Assembly: GCA_002633005.1 (NCBI GenBank)
Contig: NMRA01000368.1
Coordinates: 236,396-300,395, forward strand
DNA: 64,000 bases
Reading direction: 5' to 3'
Origin: Phoronis australis
Lineage: Eukaryota; Animalia; Phoronida
Both the position numbers and the translations under genes were made by a program. The notes under the pieces are model-generated. The model had not been told where the DNA came from. It saw nothing but the letters and a program-made list of their open reading frames with translations, and did not search any database. This document shows positions 48,658 through 61,725 of this stretch, piece by piece (within the stretch, counting starts at the first letter, position 1; each line of letters starts with the position of its first letter).

Positions 48658-49479
48658 TTCATTGTCACTTTCTGTAACTGACTGTATCTGTGCTTCATTA
48701 CTTGTTGCTGGGCCTAGCTAGGTGGCCACTGTATTATCACTGTAGGATAACCGGGAAAACAGATTATGCATTGTCTGCATATACATGTACATGTACAGAT
48801 GGTTTACCAGGCGCACACCCAGGGGAGCTCGGGGGGCTCCAAGTGCAACCTAGCCTGACAGAAATACACTGTACCTATTATGCAGTGTGTTCTGATAGAG
48901 CGGCATGGAATGCAAACTTCAATCTCGCTGCAGAGGTTGCGCCGCGCATGCGTAGCATTTGTTTGTATTCGGTTGTTTTTGTGTTGGTTATTGCTATTGA
49001 ATTTACTGTCACTAAAATTTGTGCAACTCCGCCGCTTTTCAACTGAACTGCAAACTAGTCATATCATTTAGAAAGCAATTAATCAGTTCTTGATGGTGTA
49101 TGATTATAGCAGAAGCAAACGATAAAAAATTTACCTCATAAATAATCTTCCTTTCGCATATCTGACAGGTTTAATTTTTTAATTCTAAAAACCAAGTGTT
49201 ACAAAAGTGCTTATAATAACATGATGTAATAGTAACATAAGAAAGGAAATGAATCAGAGAGGTTATATAAAGGCAAATAATTGCATTGATTCAAAAGATT
49301 TTTACCCTATCAAGACAAAGGTTTTAGAATATGGATCGTTCACAGTTGCTGTGAAGAATTTAGTGAGGCACTCATTCAAAATTATACATCTTTATATAAT
49401 AATTGGACCTTCGGTGCCGTTGATACATTTTTTAATTAAAAAATCAGGATCCAGTGACATTTGGAAAAATAATTGCTAC

Positions 49480-50150
49480 AACTACCTACTACACGCTTCA
49501 ACGTTCCACTGCATTCAATGGGAAGAATTTATCACGAACACGATCGTCCACAAGTTGCGTCATGCTTAACTTGCATCGGATGTGCACACTTTGAAATAAA
49601 CATGCAATCACATATACTGGCCTTGAAGTTCTACCTAGCCTCCTTCAATATGAGGAAGAGGGTGATCAGCATTAGAGATGACAGCAATGTTGCTTCATGC
49701 TTAATTAACATAGGTGAATGCGTACTTGCTAAAAACAGATTACGGCTCCATCCTGGAAAGTTATGCGGATTCGCTGACTATGATGAAACGACTTCATAGA
49801 GACACACGCACGCTTGACCAACATGGGCAACGTACCACAAGATGAATTAACATGAATTGGCCTTAGAATGTCATCAAGAATCGGAAGAAAAGGGTTCTTG
49901 GACAATGATGTTTCGTCGTTATATTGCATAGACACATTGTCTGTCGATATCAAGAAACGGGCAAACTTCAGTCAATATTTCAATCATTTGAAGAGGATAT
50001 GACGAACAAGGTGTTTGGAGTTGCACAGCTGATGGCAGTGAGATTGCAATGCTGTTGAATAACCTTGGAGGTGGGTGTTGTTTATGGACAAGCTTGGAGA
50101 AGCTTTGACGGTGTATCTTAAAAATCATTTGAAATAGCAAAAAGATTAAA
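49480..50150 (+). pseudogene. Decayed paralog of the TPR array of the 3220-19296 gene
   Basis: Nucleotide blocks shared with 18130-18500 (gcatcggatgtgcacac, agagatgacagcaa, tcgctga.tatgatgaaacgacttc, aacatggg.aac); HDRPQVASCLTCIGCAH aligns to RDRHEVAACFNGIGCAH; frameshifts and deletions. Confidence 0.88.
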
Positions 50151-50457
50151 GGAACCTGATTGTCAGTAATTTTTGTACAGCAACCAGAAGGTCATCGCCC
50201 TGTCTTTTGCCATATTTTGTCACCTCCGTCACACGGGAATCGTTTGCACTTATACGGTCTTTCAGTTTCAATTGACCTCCATTGTTATCTAGAAATTGCA
50301 GCCCTATTTGAAAAATCTGGACTTTTCTTGCCTTCATTTTAATAAAAGTCAAAGGCTGGAACAATATTCCTTTATGGTTCTGCCGAATCATATTTTAACA
50401 TGGTAGTTATTAACTGCAAGAACAGTGTGAATTTAGCGGGTTTCGTGCAATGGTAAA

Positions 50458-50717
50458 CATGCGCGCACCCAGGGGGTGATCGGGGGGGCTCATCTGAGCC
50501 CCCATTTGGCGAAGTGAGCAAAAAGGTCCGCCCCTGGGAGACAAAAAGTCAAAGAAAATGGGACAAAAGTCCACTAAATAAGCGCAAAGACGCAATTAAC
50601 AATGGTGCTCCCGTTATTTTTTTATTTTTTTTTTAGTCCGCCTCCTCTTCTGTAAGCAAAACGTCCACAACGTCAGGAATTCGAGCCCCCCCATATTGAA
50701 GGCCGGGTGCGCGCATG
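50458..50717. mobile_element. MITE with perfect 13-bp TIR CATGCGCGCACCC and 6-bp target duplication GGTAAA
   Basis: ggtaaa|catgcgcgcaccc ... gggtgcgcgcatg|ggtaaa. Confidence 0.85.
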
Positions 50718-52163
50718 GGTAAATTACAACGCAAACACACAGTGCTCATTGCAGCCTTGCAGCCTTGCTTATATTTTGTATCTGGAGAATGCCGCCTGAG
50801 CATCGCTAATGTACAGCATGATACTTTGGTTAGATTTCAAGGCATACTCCTAATTTTTAATGCTGCAACTGGTTTTCTGTTAAAAATACATGTACTCATG
50901 AGTTATCCTCTGACGTCTTGCCCAGATAAAACATCTCAATGTACATTGCTAACTGTGAGCAAGCCTGTTTACGGCTGTTGGGACACCGCTCCTCTTATTT
51001 AGTTTTTTTATTCTCCAGCCTTCATTGTCCTTGCTCCCTTACTAACTATTGCTCGGTGAGCTTGAGCAAGATAACCCCATAATAGTCGTCAGAATTGTAA
51101 GCCACATGTAGATTGTCGGAGTTTGGAAACACTTGTTCACTAGTTGGACTATTTACCTTTTTCTACGTTGAAGTTTAAGTTTGAAAACCATTGCTGATGG
51201 ATAAACTCCATAGACTGTTACGTTATTACGGCGCTTTTCCGTTGCTCCCAAACTTGTTCGATTCTATAGCCCAACAACAAATAGGGAAGATGACCCCTGT
51301 AGCCAATATCTTACACGACTGATAAACTCCATTCTGGCATGTAAGGTTGGAGGGCCAGTTCTCTTTTGATCGATTATTGCTCTAATCCAGTGGATTTAGG
51401 GGGNGGGGGGGTGTTCGGGAGTTCGGGTGCGAATTACTGACTAGCAGATGCGCGCAACCATGCATAGGCATACATGTAGCACTCCAATGATCTTGTTTGC
51501 TTGTCTGTTGTACTTTGGGCCGATGGCCATGTGTACAAATAAATAAAGGAAAGTAAAGGTAAGCTCCAATAATATTGGCCAAGCTTACATGTAATAAAGT
51601 TGACCGAGCTTGAACAATATTGACCAGTCTTGAATAATATTGACCAAGCATGAATAATATTGGTCACTCAGCTTGAGAATGAAGATATGCTTTAACTTGA
51701 AAAAGATTATCGAGTAAGGATTGTTCAATTTTGTCGTAGACACTGAGAACCTTGTGTGAATATAATATTATATTCCAGTTGCCTGTAATTGACAGCTGCA
51801 CGATGATGAGCATATCGACACCGAGACTGACGTTATCCATTGTATGGGATTGATGTTACAGGCTTGTACTATAGTTGCATGCACAACGTTTTTCAAACCG
51901 TGTATTTCATCATAGAAATATATACTGATACACTTACCGCCCACACATAGAAAACCTTATGTGCAGGCTGGTTAACAAATGTAAAAACAACAAATATAGA
52001 TAGGATCACTACTGAAAGATATCAAAATAAAATGATCACATGCGATGTTTCCGAGAAAGTTATAAGTTTATGTCACCAACAGCATTTGACTTCCCTTGTA
52101 TGGCAGGTGATTGCAATGAGTAACACTGTGTCATGTACGAAGAATGTTTGTGCTACGTCATGT

Positions 52164-52198
52164 CGTGCGTTCGTGCGTGCGTGCGTGCGTGCGTGTGT
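52164..52198. repeat. (GCGT)n microsatellite
   Basis: gtgcgttcgtgcgtgcgtgcgtgcgtgcgtgtgt. Confidence 0.85.
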
Positions 52199-54923
52199 GA
52201 GTCGAAATTTCAAGGTTTGTCATTTCATTGACCTTCATTAAAATAGATTGTTATTTTTGTGCTCCCGGAGACGTGAACAGAAAAACGAAATTTGAAGTTG
52301 GATTCAAAGTCGCTCATTACCTCTTAAAATCATTATAGCCTTAAAAATTACCAAAGTTCTGAGTTAATTGTGGTGGCTTAGCTGTGAGTGTTGGGTGTCC
52401 TCCTGTCCTTGGCGGCACCTTTACCAGCAGGCTTGGCAATTGCAGGCATTCAGGGCGTCCAATGGACACCCCGACTTAAACTTACACACTTTATCATGGA
52501 CGCTCTGTTCATTTTTGGATGCCCTGTTCATCATAATGCCCAAGTGAAGGAAACGAAACTTTATTACAGACCCATACTGCATTATAACAGTAAACTGATG
52601 TTGGACGCCTCATACTTTTAATGTGGATTAACCCCTGCCGTGGTGGAGGGGAACAATTTGGCCACCCTATGACGACTGCTTTTATGAGTATTATTTTTTT
52701 CTCTTTTAAGGTAATCTCAAACCTTATTATTTGACCTTCATACTAATTCACATGTCAAAATAGGCTATGTCAAATGGTGAAAGTGTATATTTTCTGAAAG
52801 AAAAAAGACGAGATATTATAAAAATGTTTTATATTCATGGGTCATTAATGTTATTATCTAACCACATAATTCAAAACGCAGTTAAGGAATTTTCGATTAC
52901 TCATCTACCGGTAGTTTTTTCTACGTCAACTCACAAACGTAAGGTATTTCTGTAAAAAATAGCAGTAGTATTGGTCTATCTTACGGTACGCAAAAACTAG
53001 GCGTTTAAAACCAAAATCCTAATAGACTTTTGAGACTGACAAATAAATATATAAAACAGGAAATTTTCAGCTAAATTCACGTCGTCATTTTCGAGAACTC
53101 GTGTTCCTAAGATCAAATAAAGTCCATTTAAGTGACGATTTATCTCATTTCACAACTTGCTGGTGCATTCTTTCATAACGGTCGTATACATGCACTAGGC
53201 AGATATACAATGACCCCCTGAGGATCAAAACTACGTTTTGTCTTCGTGTTCCGCGGCACCTTTTCACGCAATGTTCAACTCATTGACTCTCAAAATTCAC
53301 AAGGAACTGCTCTGGCTGGCGAATAGGATTTGAGTGACAGCCCTGTAACCTTTGACCTCGAATAAGTACATGTGGTCAACAAATTTACACGCGGTTGAAG
53401 TTCAGTTGGAGCCGGAGTGACTTGACGAAATTATTTATCTGGTGGTATTTTTGCGTGTTACTTAAGTTTCTTACACAGGTTCACTACTCCAAAAGCTCAT
53501 GCACTATTCCATAGGTTCACTGCTCCGTAAATATCTAAACTTTCAGACTCAGGTTTAATTTCTATACTTTTACATGCAATAATAAACGATACTTCTGTTA
53601 TTAGATGCTTTGAGTGGTGTACATTTACTTATATAGCGAAACGCCCGCATACTTAAACACTTTGCTTGGAAATCATGCGTATGCGAAATTGCCCGCATGT
53701 CTTGATAGGGATGATGTAGTTGCACTTTTAAAGAATATGAATTAGGAGTGTGGATGAATTATCAACCACGATACATTCATCAAATCCATGTCAAGATCAC
53801 ATCACAGCGCTGAAAAAGACTAGGTTTCTGGTTTTTGCTCATTTTGAATTCATTTGTTCAGGAAATTTCATTTTTTAGAATTATTTCAAAATCTACTGGA
53901 GCAAAAGAAACATGTTCACTAAACCATAGTTATTCTTGAAGTGTTTTGTCATTTTCAAGGTAATTAGTTGCTCTCTTTTTAAAACATCGCTTGTTCAACT
54001 TGGCTTCAGGGGCAAAAATGTCCCGTCACAAGTCGAATGGTGAATTTTTCAATTTTTGTTGTTCTTGTTCGTGCAAAATATAATTTGTGGTTTGGTGTCT
54101 ATGCCATGTTGTTAACCTAGTTGAAAATCACTCTCCATCTTGCTTTAGAAACACAGTGAGTTATGGATTCCCAAATATAGTTGTCAAAACTTGCCATTTT
54201 CTGTGGCTTGAAATTTTTGGGTGCTGTTTGTTGAACAAAAGGCTATTTTTGAGGCTCTAAAATTTAAATAAATCGAGAATCGCCAAACTGATTTGAAAAT
54301 TTCAAAAAATTGTCAAACGGCATGTATAAAGCTATCATTTAGCATTTTTTAAAGAATTTCTGATGAAATTTGTATTTGTGTTTGCTCACCCTAGCATCGG
54401 CAGAGAAGTGGTGATTTTGGGGTGATCAAGTGCCGATTTTGTGTTGTTTGCCCCTTAGCCTACCTTGCTTTTCAGTAGGAGTGAAAGGCTAAAACGAAAA
54501 AAAAAACATGAAGTTTCTGTGCTCATCTGTAGGGCTCTTTACGTGAAATCACTGAAAACATTCCATTTTTTGGCTTTGCATCACGTTTTCGATAGAGTGA
54601 AGACAAGGTAACAAATCCAATGATATGTGTTTTGCTGGGCAAAACCCAGAACTGTTCTGTGCCCCCTTAATCCCCGCATTGTCTGACAACATTGTTGTCA
54701 TCGAACGGCTGCTAACAGCAGAATTCGTCACGTTTAAGAAAATTTAAGACCCTGAACTTGAGAAGATTAATCTGCTAGGAATTGGGAACTGAATGAAATT
54801 CGATAATGTGTCCTAGTCTGAAGCAGTTTCATGTGGTACTACATTTTGATTTATAAAATCAGTTCTTGGCCACAATAAGATTAAAAACCGGACGATCGCC
54901 GCACAAATGAAGAAGTTCATGTT

Positions 54924-54966
54924 AAATCAACGTTTCGTCTATTCATTAGACATCATCAGGATATTT
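54924..54966 (-). ncRNA. Minimal type I hammerhead ribozyme motif associated with the Penelope element
   Basis: The minus strand reads aaatatc-CTGATGA-T-GTCTA-atgaa-TAGAC-GAAAC-GTT-gattt, just 3' of the GIY-YIG ORF. Confidence 0.7.
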
Positions 54967-55089
54967 ACAAAGGACAGCAAGTGCCAACTTGCACCTCAGG
55001 TGACATTCATAAAGTGAAGTGAGAGATACAGAGAGTATAGTCAGTAAGTAGCTGGTCATCACCATAGTTGCAGGGTCACTGAGCTCTAC

Positions 55090-55780
55090 ATGTTGTTCGG
55101 AGAATCAGTAGCATACCGGTTCTGAATGGCCAATGACTCTTAAATGTACAGTAATTCCTTATTAGTTTCTCTGCAGATAACACTAACTGAATTGGCTTGG
55201 TGATTGTTGCTATAACACAATGCCTATATATGTTGCTTTTCTTTGAGGTGTGATGTTCTTTCAGCCTGTCACGACAGAGGCGTCTCTGTGTGAGTCCGAT
55301 ATAGAATACCTAACAGTTGTCACATTCAACCTTATAAACAACATTGCTATTGTTCAATAAAGGGATGGGTGACTTCAGTTTACATAGCATATTGGAAAGT
55401 TTCCGAAGAGGTTTGAAAACAACTATCAGTTCAACGGCTGGGTCTATGCAATGAATAAGGCGAGATAATTGACGTTTCAATTTCATACTACTTGGCCCAG
55501 TGTAACTAAGAGAAAAGATAACTTTCTTTTTCTCGGGTCCAATAACAGCTACCTTATCCGCCCCATTCATTTTGAAAGGAAGTGCCTTTTACAGCTATTC
55601 AAAAAATTCAGAGGGTAACCATTGACACACAATAACTAGAAAATCTTAGCTACGTCGCTATCAAAACTTAAATTGGTGGAACAAATTCTCCAGGCACGAT
55701 GTAACAATGCTAGACCTCTCTTGTATTGAATCGGTACAAAACTAAAAAATTAAGATAAGCCCAGAAAAACTGGGCTTACG
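55090..55780 (-). mobile_element. Penelope-like element: RT C-terminal/linker region and GIY-YIG endonuclease, decayed
   Basis: LLHRAWRICS...NGYP...LSYTGPSSMKLKRQL...NVVYKVECDNC*VFYIGLTQRRL...LKEH...ESLAI. Confidence 0.88.
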
Positions 55781-56369
55781 CGGCTAAATCACAATCAAGG
55801 TCCATATTAGAGAGTTGGCTGTGTTACGGTCTCAAATAATTTTTGGTTACTTACCAAATGACGACTGAATCTCATATGCAAAGAGTTACTTAGTAGTGCA
55901 AATTAAAAAAAGAATTATCAAAAACGGACAATGTTTGAGAAATTTATGCATGTTCTTGTATATGAATTTTGTGCATTTTTAGCGTTACGAGTGGCCATTT
56001 TAAAAATAACAATTTTCAACTGTCAAGAGTAGAAAAGACATTTATTTTATCAAGTAAGCAATTGCTTAGATATGACTGGGAATAACTTGAGTCACTTTCA
56101 GAATCACTAAGATGAAGTTGTGTTTAATCATTGATAAATGGTAGGGTTCATCATAAAATGGGCACTCGTTACGATATTTGTAAATTCTGTGTTTCTAACC
56201 CTCACCTACAGTAAAGAAGGATAAAACCTAAAGTTCACACTCTGTAATAAAAAGAACTGCAAAATATGTTAGCCTAGGCAACATAGCAAATTATTCAATA
56301 TCTAAACAAACCAAAAGTTTGGATATTGACTGGGTTCTGCTATGTTGAAAATGGGCAAAAAAAGGCTAA

Positions 56370-57250
56370 CAAAATGTAGTGTACGTATCCCCATGTGGAA
56401 TTCAGTAACACAAATGGTGATTGCAAATGAAATTATTGCCTTTCAAATAACAACATGGTGCTTATTATCATGAAAGAAAAATAAATGGCCATACAACGTT
56501 ATGTTACCATGTGATGCACAAAAAGTGATGTAGTGTACGTACCCCCATGTTAACAAATGCCGTGAAATTCAAATATCACTTGGTAAGTGAGCAATATTGG
56601 TCATAGACAGTTAGGTTAAAAGGGTGTTTGTTGCAAATACATTTGTTTTGAGTGAAATATTAGCATTTGTGTAGTGTACGTACCCCTATATTTTAATTTA
56701 TGCCTATTTTCAAAGTACGGCAGATATGCACATCAATGCTGTGCTTTTTATTTTTTCTGTTTGAATTGATTTAGTAAATCAACTAACTTTCAGTAGATTC
56801 TTAGTATTTAGTTACAAACTTGACATGTCATTGAAATGTAGTGTACGTACCCCTGTGTAGTGTACGTACCTCGATGTGAACAAGTACCATAAAATTAAAA
56901 TATTGCCTGGAGTGCACAGCAAGTAAGCAACGTTTGTCACAGACAGTTTCCTCCATTAAAAATTCTAGGTTAAAAGGGTATTAATTATAAATACATTTGT
57001 TTTGAGTGAAATATTAGCATTTGTGTAGTGTACATAACCCTATATTTTAACATGTGCCTGTTTTCAAAGAATGACAGAGAGAAATACACAATTATGGTGT
57101 ACTTTTTGTTTGTTCTTCTTTGAATAGATTTGGTAAATTAATTAACTCTCAGTAGATTCTAAGTATTTTTATATACCTGACAAATCACTGAAATGTAGTG
57201 TACGTACCCCTGTGTAGTGTACATGCCCCTGTGTAGTGTACATACCTTCA
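56370..57250. repeat. Nine copies of a ~17-bp motif TGTAGTGTACGTACCCC within a ~355-bp duplication; likely transposon subterminal repeats
   Basis: Copies near 56374, 56529, 56670, 56837, 56856, 57024, 57194, 57213 and 57232. Confidence 0.8.
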
Positions 57251-58854
57251 ACCTCTGTGCTATAAAGTATTGCCCACAAGAATTTTTATATACTGCTGTT
57301 CTCATGAACAATACTGATATTTCCAAAGTAAATCCAGTCTGACAAAAAAAACAATGGACATTATCAAATTTGTGGACAATAAAATGCCACACAGGACTTG
57401 GCTGGTACTTAACATCCTGGAAGACACGTCATGTGACAACTGATGTTGCAGAGGCAGGCTCTTTATCTCCCAAGACAACTTGCAACAAACCAACCAGTAG
57501 AGGCAGCACAAAACTTGAGACATACATTTGTAACTTAGTCAAAATTTAACGTTGATTGACTGTGCGTATTGTACGTATCCTCCAACCAGTACCGTTTTTA
57601 CTGTTTACAAGTGGAACACTGGTCCTAACATTGCTTTAACTATTTTGACCAACTGGTGAATGTATTGAAAACTAAGCAAATAGCACCAATAAAGTTTTTT
57701 GGAAAAAAGTAGTCACTATAGTCATTTTCTTTTTGTAAGAATCACATTGCAAGAGAAGAAGTTCTCATTATACTGTGTTAAGATATGTAATGTATCATCA
57801 CCCAGAACAACTTGATCAGCACGGTATAATAGCATTTCTTACTTTAGTATGTGATACTTCTTCAAGTTAATCAAAAAGTTATTAAACTACAGCTACCTTA
57901 CGAATTTTTGCCTGGTAGAAGTGGTCTGTGTCCATGAGTTGTAATGTATGTACCCTTTCCCACAATTGCGATGCATTAGGCCATAAAATTTTATTCGGTG
58001 GTTCTTGTGCAAAAATATTTTAGATTACAAACCTGGAATTTACAGTTATATGCCCAACCATCATTTTTCACCAAAAGTGGCCACCGAATATGGTCCTCGA
58101 TTGCGATTTGGCCGACGATACACAGATGTAACAACGGTGCATATTGTTCATGGGATTGAAAAAAGTGTTGACTGTACAGTAGTTAAGGAAATCTCAAACC
58201 TGGACAAAATTTGGCTGTTCAGATTTATTTTACATACATGTCTAGTAGCAAAATATCTTATCTTCATTCTCAGGGAACTTCAAATATGAAGTATATACCA
58301 AGTAGCGAGAAAAAAGATTTAGCAGAACCACCTTCGAACTGCAAAACCGCGTGCAAATTTGTTTACTACTTATCCGAGGTCAAAGGTTATAGGACTGTCA
58401 CTCAAATCGAATGCCCACCAGGTATTGAGCAACTCTGTGTGTACTGTCACTCAGCGAGTCGCCACAGTACTCAGTGAACGAGGTGTACAAAGAAAGAGAG
58501 ATGATGGTGAAAACGAAGACGAAGCATAGTTTTAATCCTGAGTCCTGAGAGAGTTGTGCGTCTGCTTTTATATAACCATTGAGAACGAATGCTCAGAGTT
58601 GCCGCACGCCTCTGTGTGTTTGTGTTCACTGAGGTATCCACGGTTTTACTATAGTATTCTAGTTGGCCGCCAGAGGCCAGTAACTTGTAGAAGGTCAAGG
58701 TCAGGTAATAAAAGTATTGAAATATTTGCCACTTAGTCCGTAATATTTCCTGTAATTGACCCCGAAGGTTAAGATATAACATTCGGTGACAAGGAAATTG
58801 GAAACCTAAACGACATGGGGACTCTTTAAACTATAATTTAAAGCCGTCACTTCT

Positions 58855-59375
58855 GTTGTAGATGTGCTTGCAGTGAATCATGGGAGCCTCTCTAGCTCTC
58901 TGCCCGGCTAGTAAAGTAACAATGGTTAGCTCACTCGCTGGCTTTATGGGGGTCGTTGGTTCGATTCCCAGTTTGGGTAATCTAGGCTATTATTACGAAT
59001 GGCGTAGTTGGAAAACAGGTGTACCGATTGAGCACTACCAAGTAGAACCTGTTTACCTGGGACAGCGTGCAAGGTTAATACCGTTAATGGTGAGGACCTG
59101 TATGAGAGACAACCGTCCTTGTGTGTACCTGTGTTGTGGTAGTAAAGGTATCAAGTTGGTAATCTGTATGCGAGACAACCTGTTATTCACATTCCTGGTG
59201 GTGCACCTGTTCCACAGGAAAGGGGGAATCTTGTAGATGTGCTTCCGGTGAATCTCATGAGCCTCTGTTAGCCACTCACTAAATGGCAATTGCCTATTAG
59301 CTGAATGATTAGCGCACACACCAGTTTTATGGAGGTTGCTGATTCGATAACTGTGTTGGGTAATCTTGGCCAAAA
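58855..59375 (+). repeat. Diverged direct repeat with a tRNA-like B-box (copies ~58855-58990 and ~59230-59372)
   Basis: Both copies share ttgtagatgtgctt..gtgaatc..gagcctct and tttatgg.ggt.g.tg.ttcgat...tgggtaatct.ggc. Confidence 0.6.
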
Positions 59376-61029
59376 TGGCGATAGTACCCGTTGGTCCGTT
59401 CGACCTGCACATGGACAATTGAGAATACTTTTCAAGAGTGGATATGTGGTTTTTGGATGACGATGCAGCAGGCTGCACTGACTCAAATCAGCGTTGACAA
59501 CTACTGTTGCACTGTGCAGCCCTCGACTTTCGAGGGCATTTTGAAAATGTATGCTCCTGCCAAACAGAAAGTCACTGGCCATTTCATACCCTTCACAAAC
59601 CTACCATATATGAGACACATGTTATGACAATCAAAAATAAGTGAGGGTGAGACAATCTTACAGTTCGTCACGCGACTTCGTCAACTGGTGAACTACTGTG
59701 ATTTTGGCGACCAGCCGACCACCATGATGCCTTTATAACTGATCAGGTCATTGATAAGTGTCTGCATGGGTGGTGCACCATAAGGGGCTTACTTCAGTGC
59801 TGTGCCACCCATGCAATGTTGCGGAAGATTACGTATCTTTCTTGGCACACAGTGGAATCCCGTTGACGAAGGGTTATCTTAAGGTTACTCCGGATGTTGG
59901 CATATGATCTATGACAACTTGCCTTAGGACATTCATTGCATTTTTGCCAGATTTCTGTGCCATCAAAGATGAACAACTCATTATATAATAATTAGGTATG
60001 ATTGGAATTTTACTGCGAGGTACACGTGTCGTCATTCCTTAAGCTTTGCAACGTGGAACTGTGGAACTGGATTATCACGTTGATGTTGTTTATTGGAATT
60101 ATTAGTCTTCATACACATCATATGTTGGTCACGTCATGTGACCTATATTTAAATCTCAAAGATCTTTGGGGCATGGTTAGCTCAGTCATTAATGTCTTTC
60201 CCATGAACCAGTCACACAATCTGATTTGAAGTTTGCCGTGCCATGGTATTGCTGCTTGAGTTTACACAATGCAGCTGAAGCCTGGGAAACAGTATTTCAC
60301 CTGACGGATGCTCTTATTTACTTCCGATGTTGCCCATTTCTATCCAAATAAATATTTTTTTCAAATTTCGCAGCAATAGATCAATTAAAAATTATTTGAC
60401 TTGTTTTGTAGTATGCAGATATCATAAAATGGCAGTTAGTAATTATTTGCAACAAGGTAATCGCCTTTTGAAGAATAGACAAATGACAATTTTGACAATA
60501 TTTTTGCGGAATGAATAAAGAATTATTGTACGGATGGCAGTAGTCACTTACAGGGGGACACTTGAATTTTGAGAACTAGTAATATGCTTGTTATCCAAGG
60601 GGAAATGCTGGCCTGAAAATGCAGGGAACCTGGAAGTGTCTTGTACCATATGACTGTTGTGTTGCCTGTGCATAGAGGAAAAGCTCAGTCATTATGGACA
60701 ATGTATCAGTTTATCCTTGTGGATATATCAGTGCTGGTTTTCACATTTCAGGAAAGCAGTGTTTCTTTGTCCTACGCCAACAACAGTTCACACGCTGCCG
60801 TGGGTGATCATGTCAGTGAACAGATGGTTTGTCCCTGGGTAAGCTTGATATACATGTATGCAGCACTTGGTGCTTCCTGTAGGCCCTGAGGTGTTGGTTT
60901 TGACTGAAGCCACATACGCCGCCATCATAAATCTTGGGTTTTCAATAGTGCCAGATGCTGTCGGTGTTTTACATATCCACTGCAATAGATGTAATGGAGT
61001 TTAGTCGTTGTTCCTTTTGCTAGATTTGC

Positions 61030-61433
61030 CTCTTTAAAATTATTCCACCTATAGCAGATAGTTCGTTCTTGGTGATTTTGGCTTGATCTTTTTATTTCAG
61101 CATGAGATTCATTGTTAAAAATGTTTTTGTAGCGCAGTCTAATTTACTGAGTAAATTGGAACTTTTTGATAAATTTTCAATTTTGTGATTGCTTTGCAAT
61201 GTCTGTCAACATTGAATGTGTGCAAAAACCTCCCATAAAGTTTTCTTTGCTAGTAAGAGTACATGTTGTATGTGTCTTCTATTGTTTGTTTTAGGATCAC
61301 GAAGGAGTCCATTATTGATGTTGAGGGCTTTGTTTGGTGTGTCCTGCAGAAGATTTAAGGGTACTCCCAGCAGGATGTGGAAATTCATGTTACTCAGGTG
61401 GACACAGTTGATAAAGTAATAGGCTACATTCAT
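61030..61433 (-). mobile_element. Possible L1/Tx1-type LINE ORF2 C-terminal remnant
   Basis: C...HILLG...HVLLLAKKTLW resembles the L1/Tx1 C-terminal pattern. Confidence 0.4.
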
Positions 61434-61725
61434 TACTAACGATCAAATTTTAAGTTACTTTATAAGTATTAATTGTAGAGCTTAAAACTTCTTCCTTGAC
61501 GATTACAAATTTTATTGTGCACGATAGCAATGCCCATTTGTTCGTAATCACATGATTACATTTCTCTCAAACATTATTATTTCACGTAATTAATTTATAC
61601 AAGCATGAATTTGTTTGTAAAAAACTCACAAATTCTGTTTCTTTATTGTTTTAGTTTCAAAATGTATTGCCTAGTTACAAATGTATTGCGTTTTAGGTCA
61701 AGAACTCTGCAGTCAAAAATTAATA

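Noticed and set aside
51700-54800. Short ORFs and possible exons of another host gene
   Set aside because: I found no phase-consistent exon chain or recognisable domain; the sequence looks like non-autonomous TE debris.
56370-57250. CRISPR-like repeat-spacer array
   Set aside because: The repeats are short and degenerate, spacing is irregular, the intervening sequences are themselves duplicated, there are no cas genes and the context is eukaryotic.
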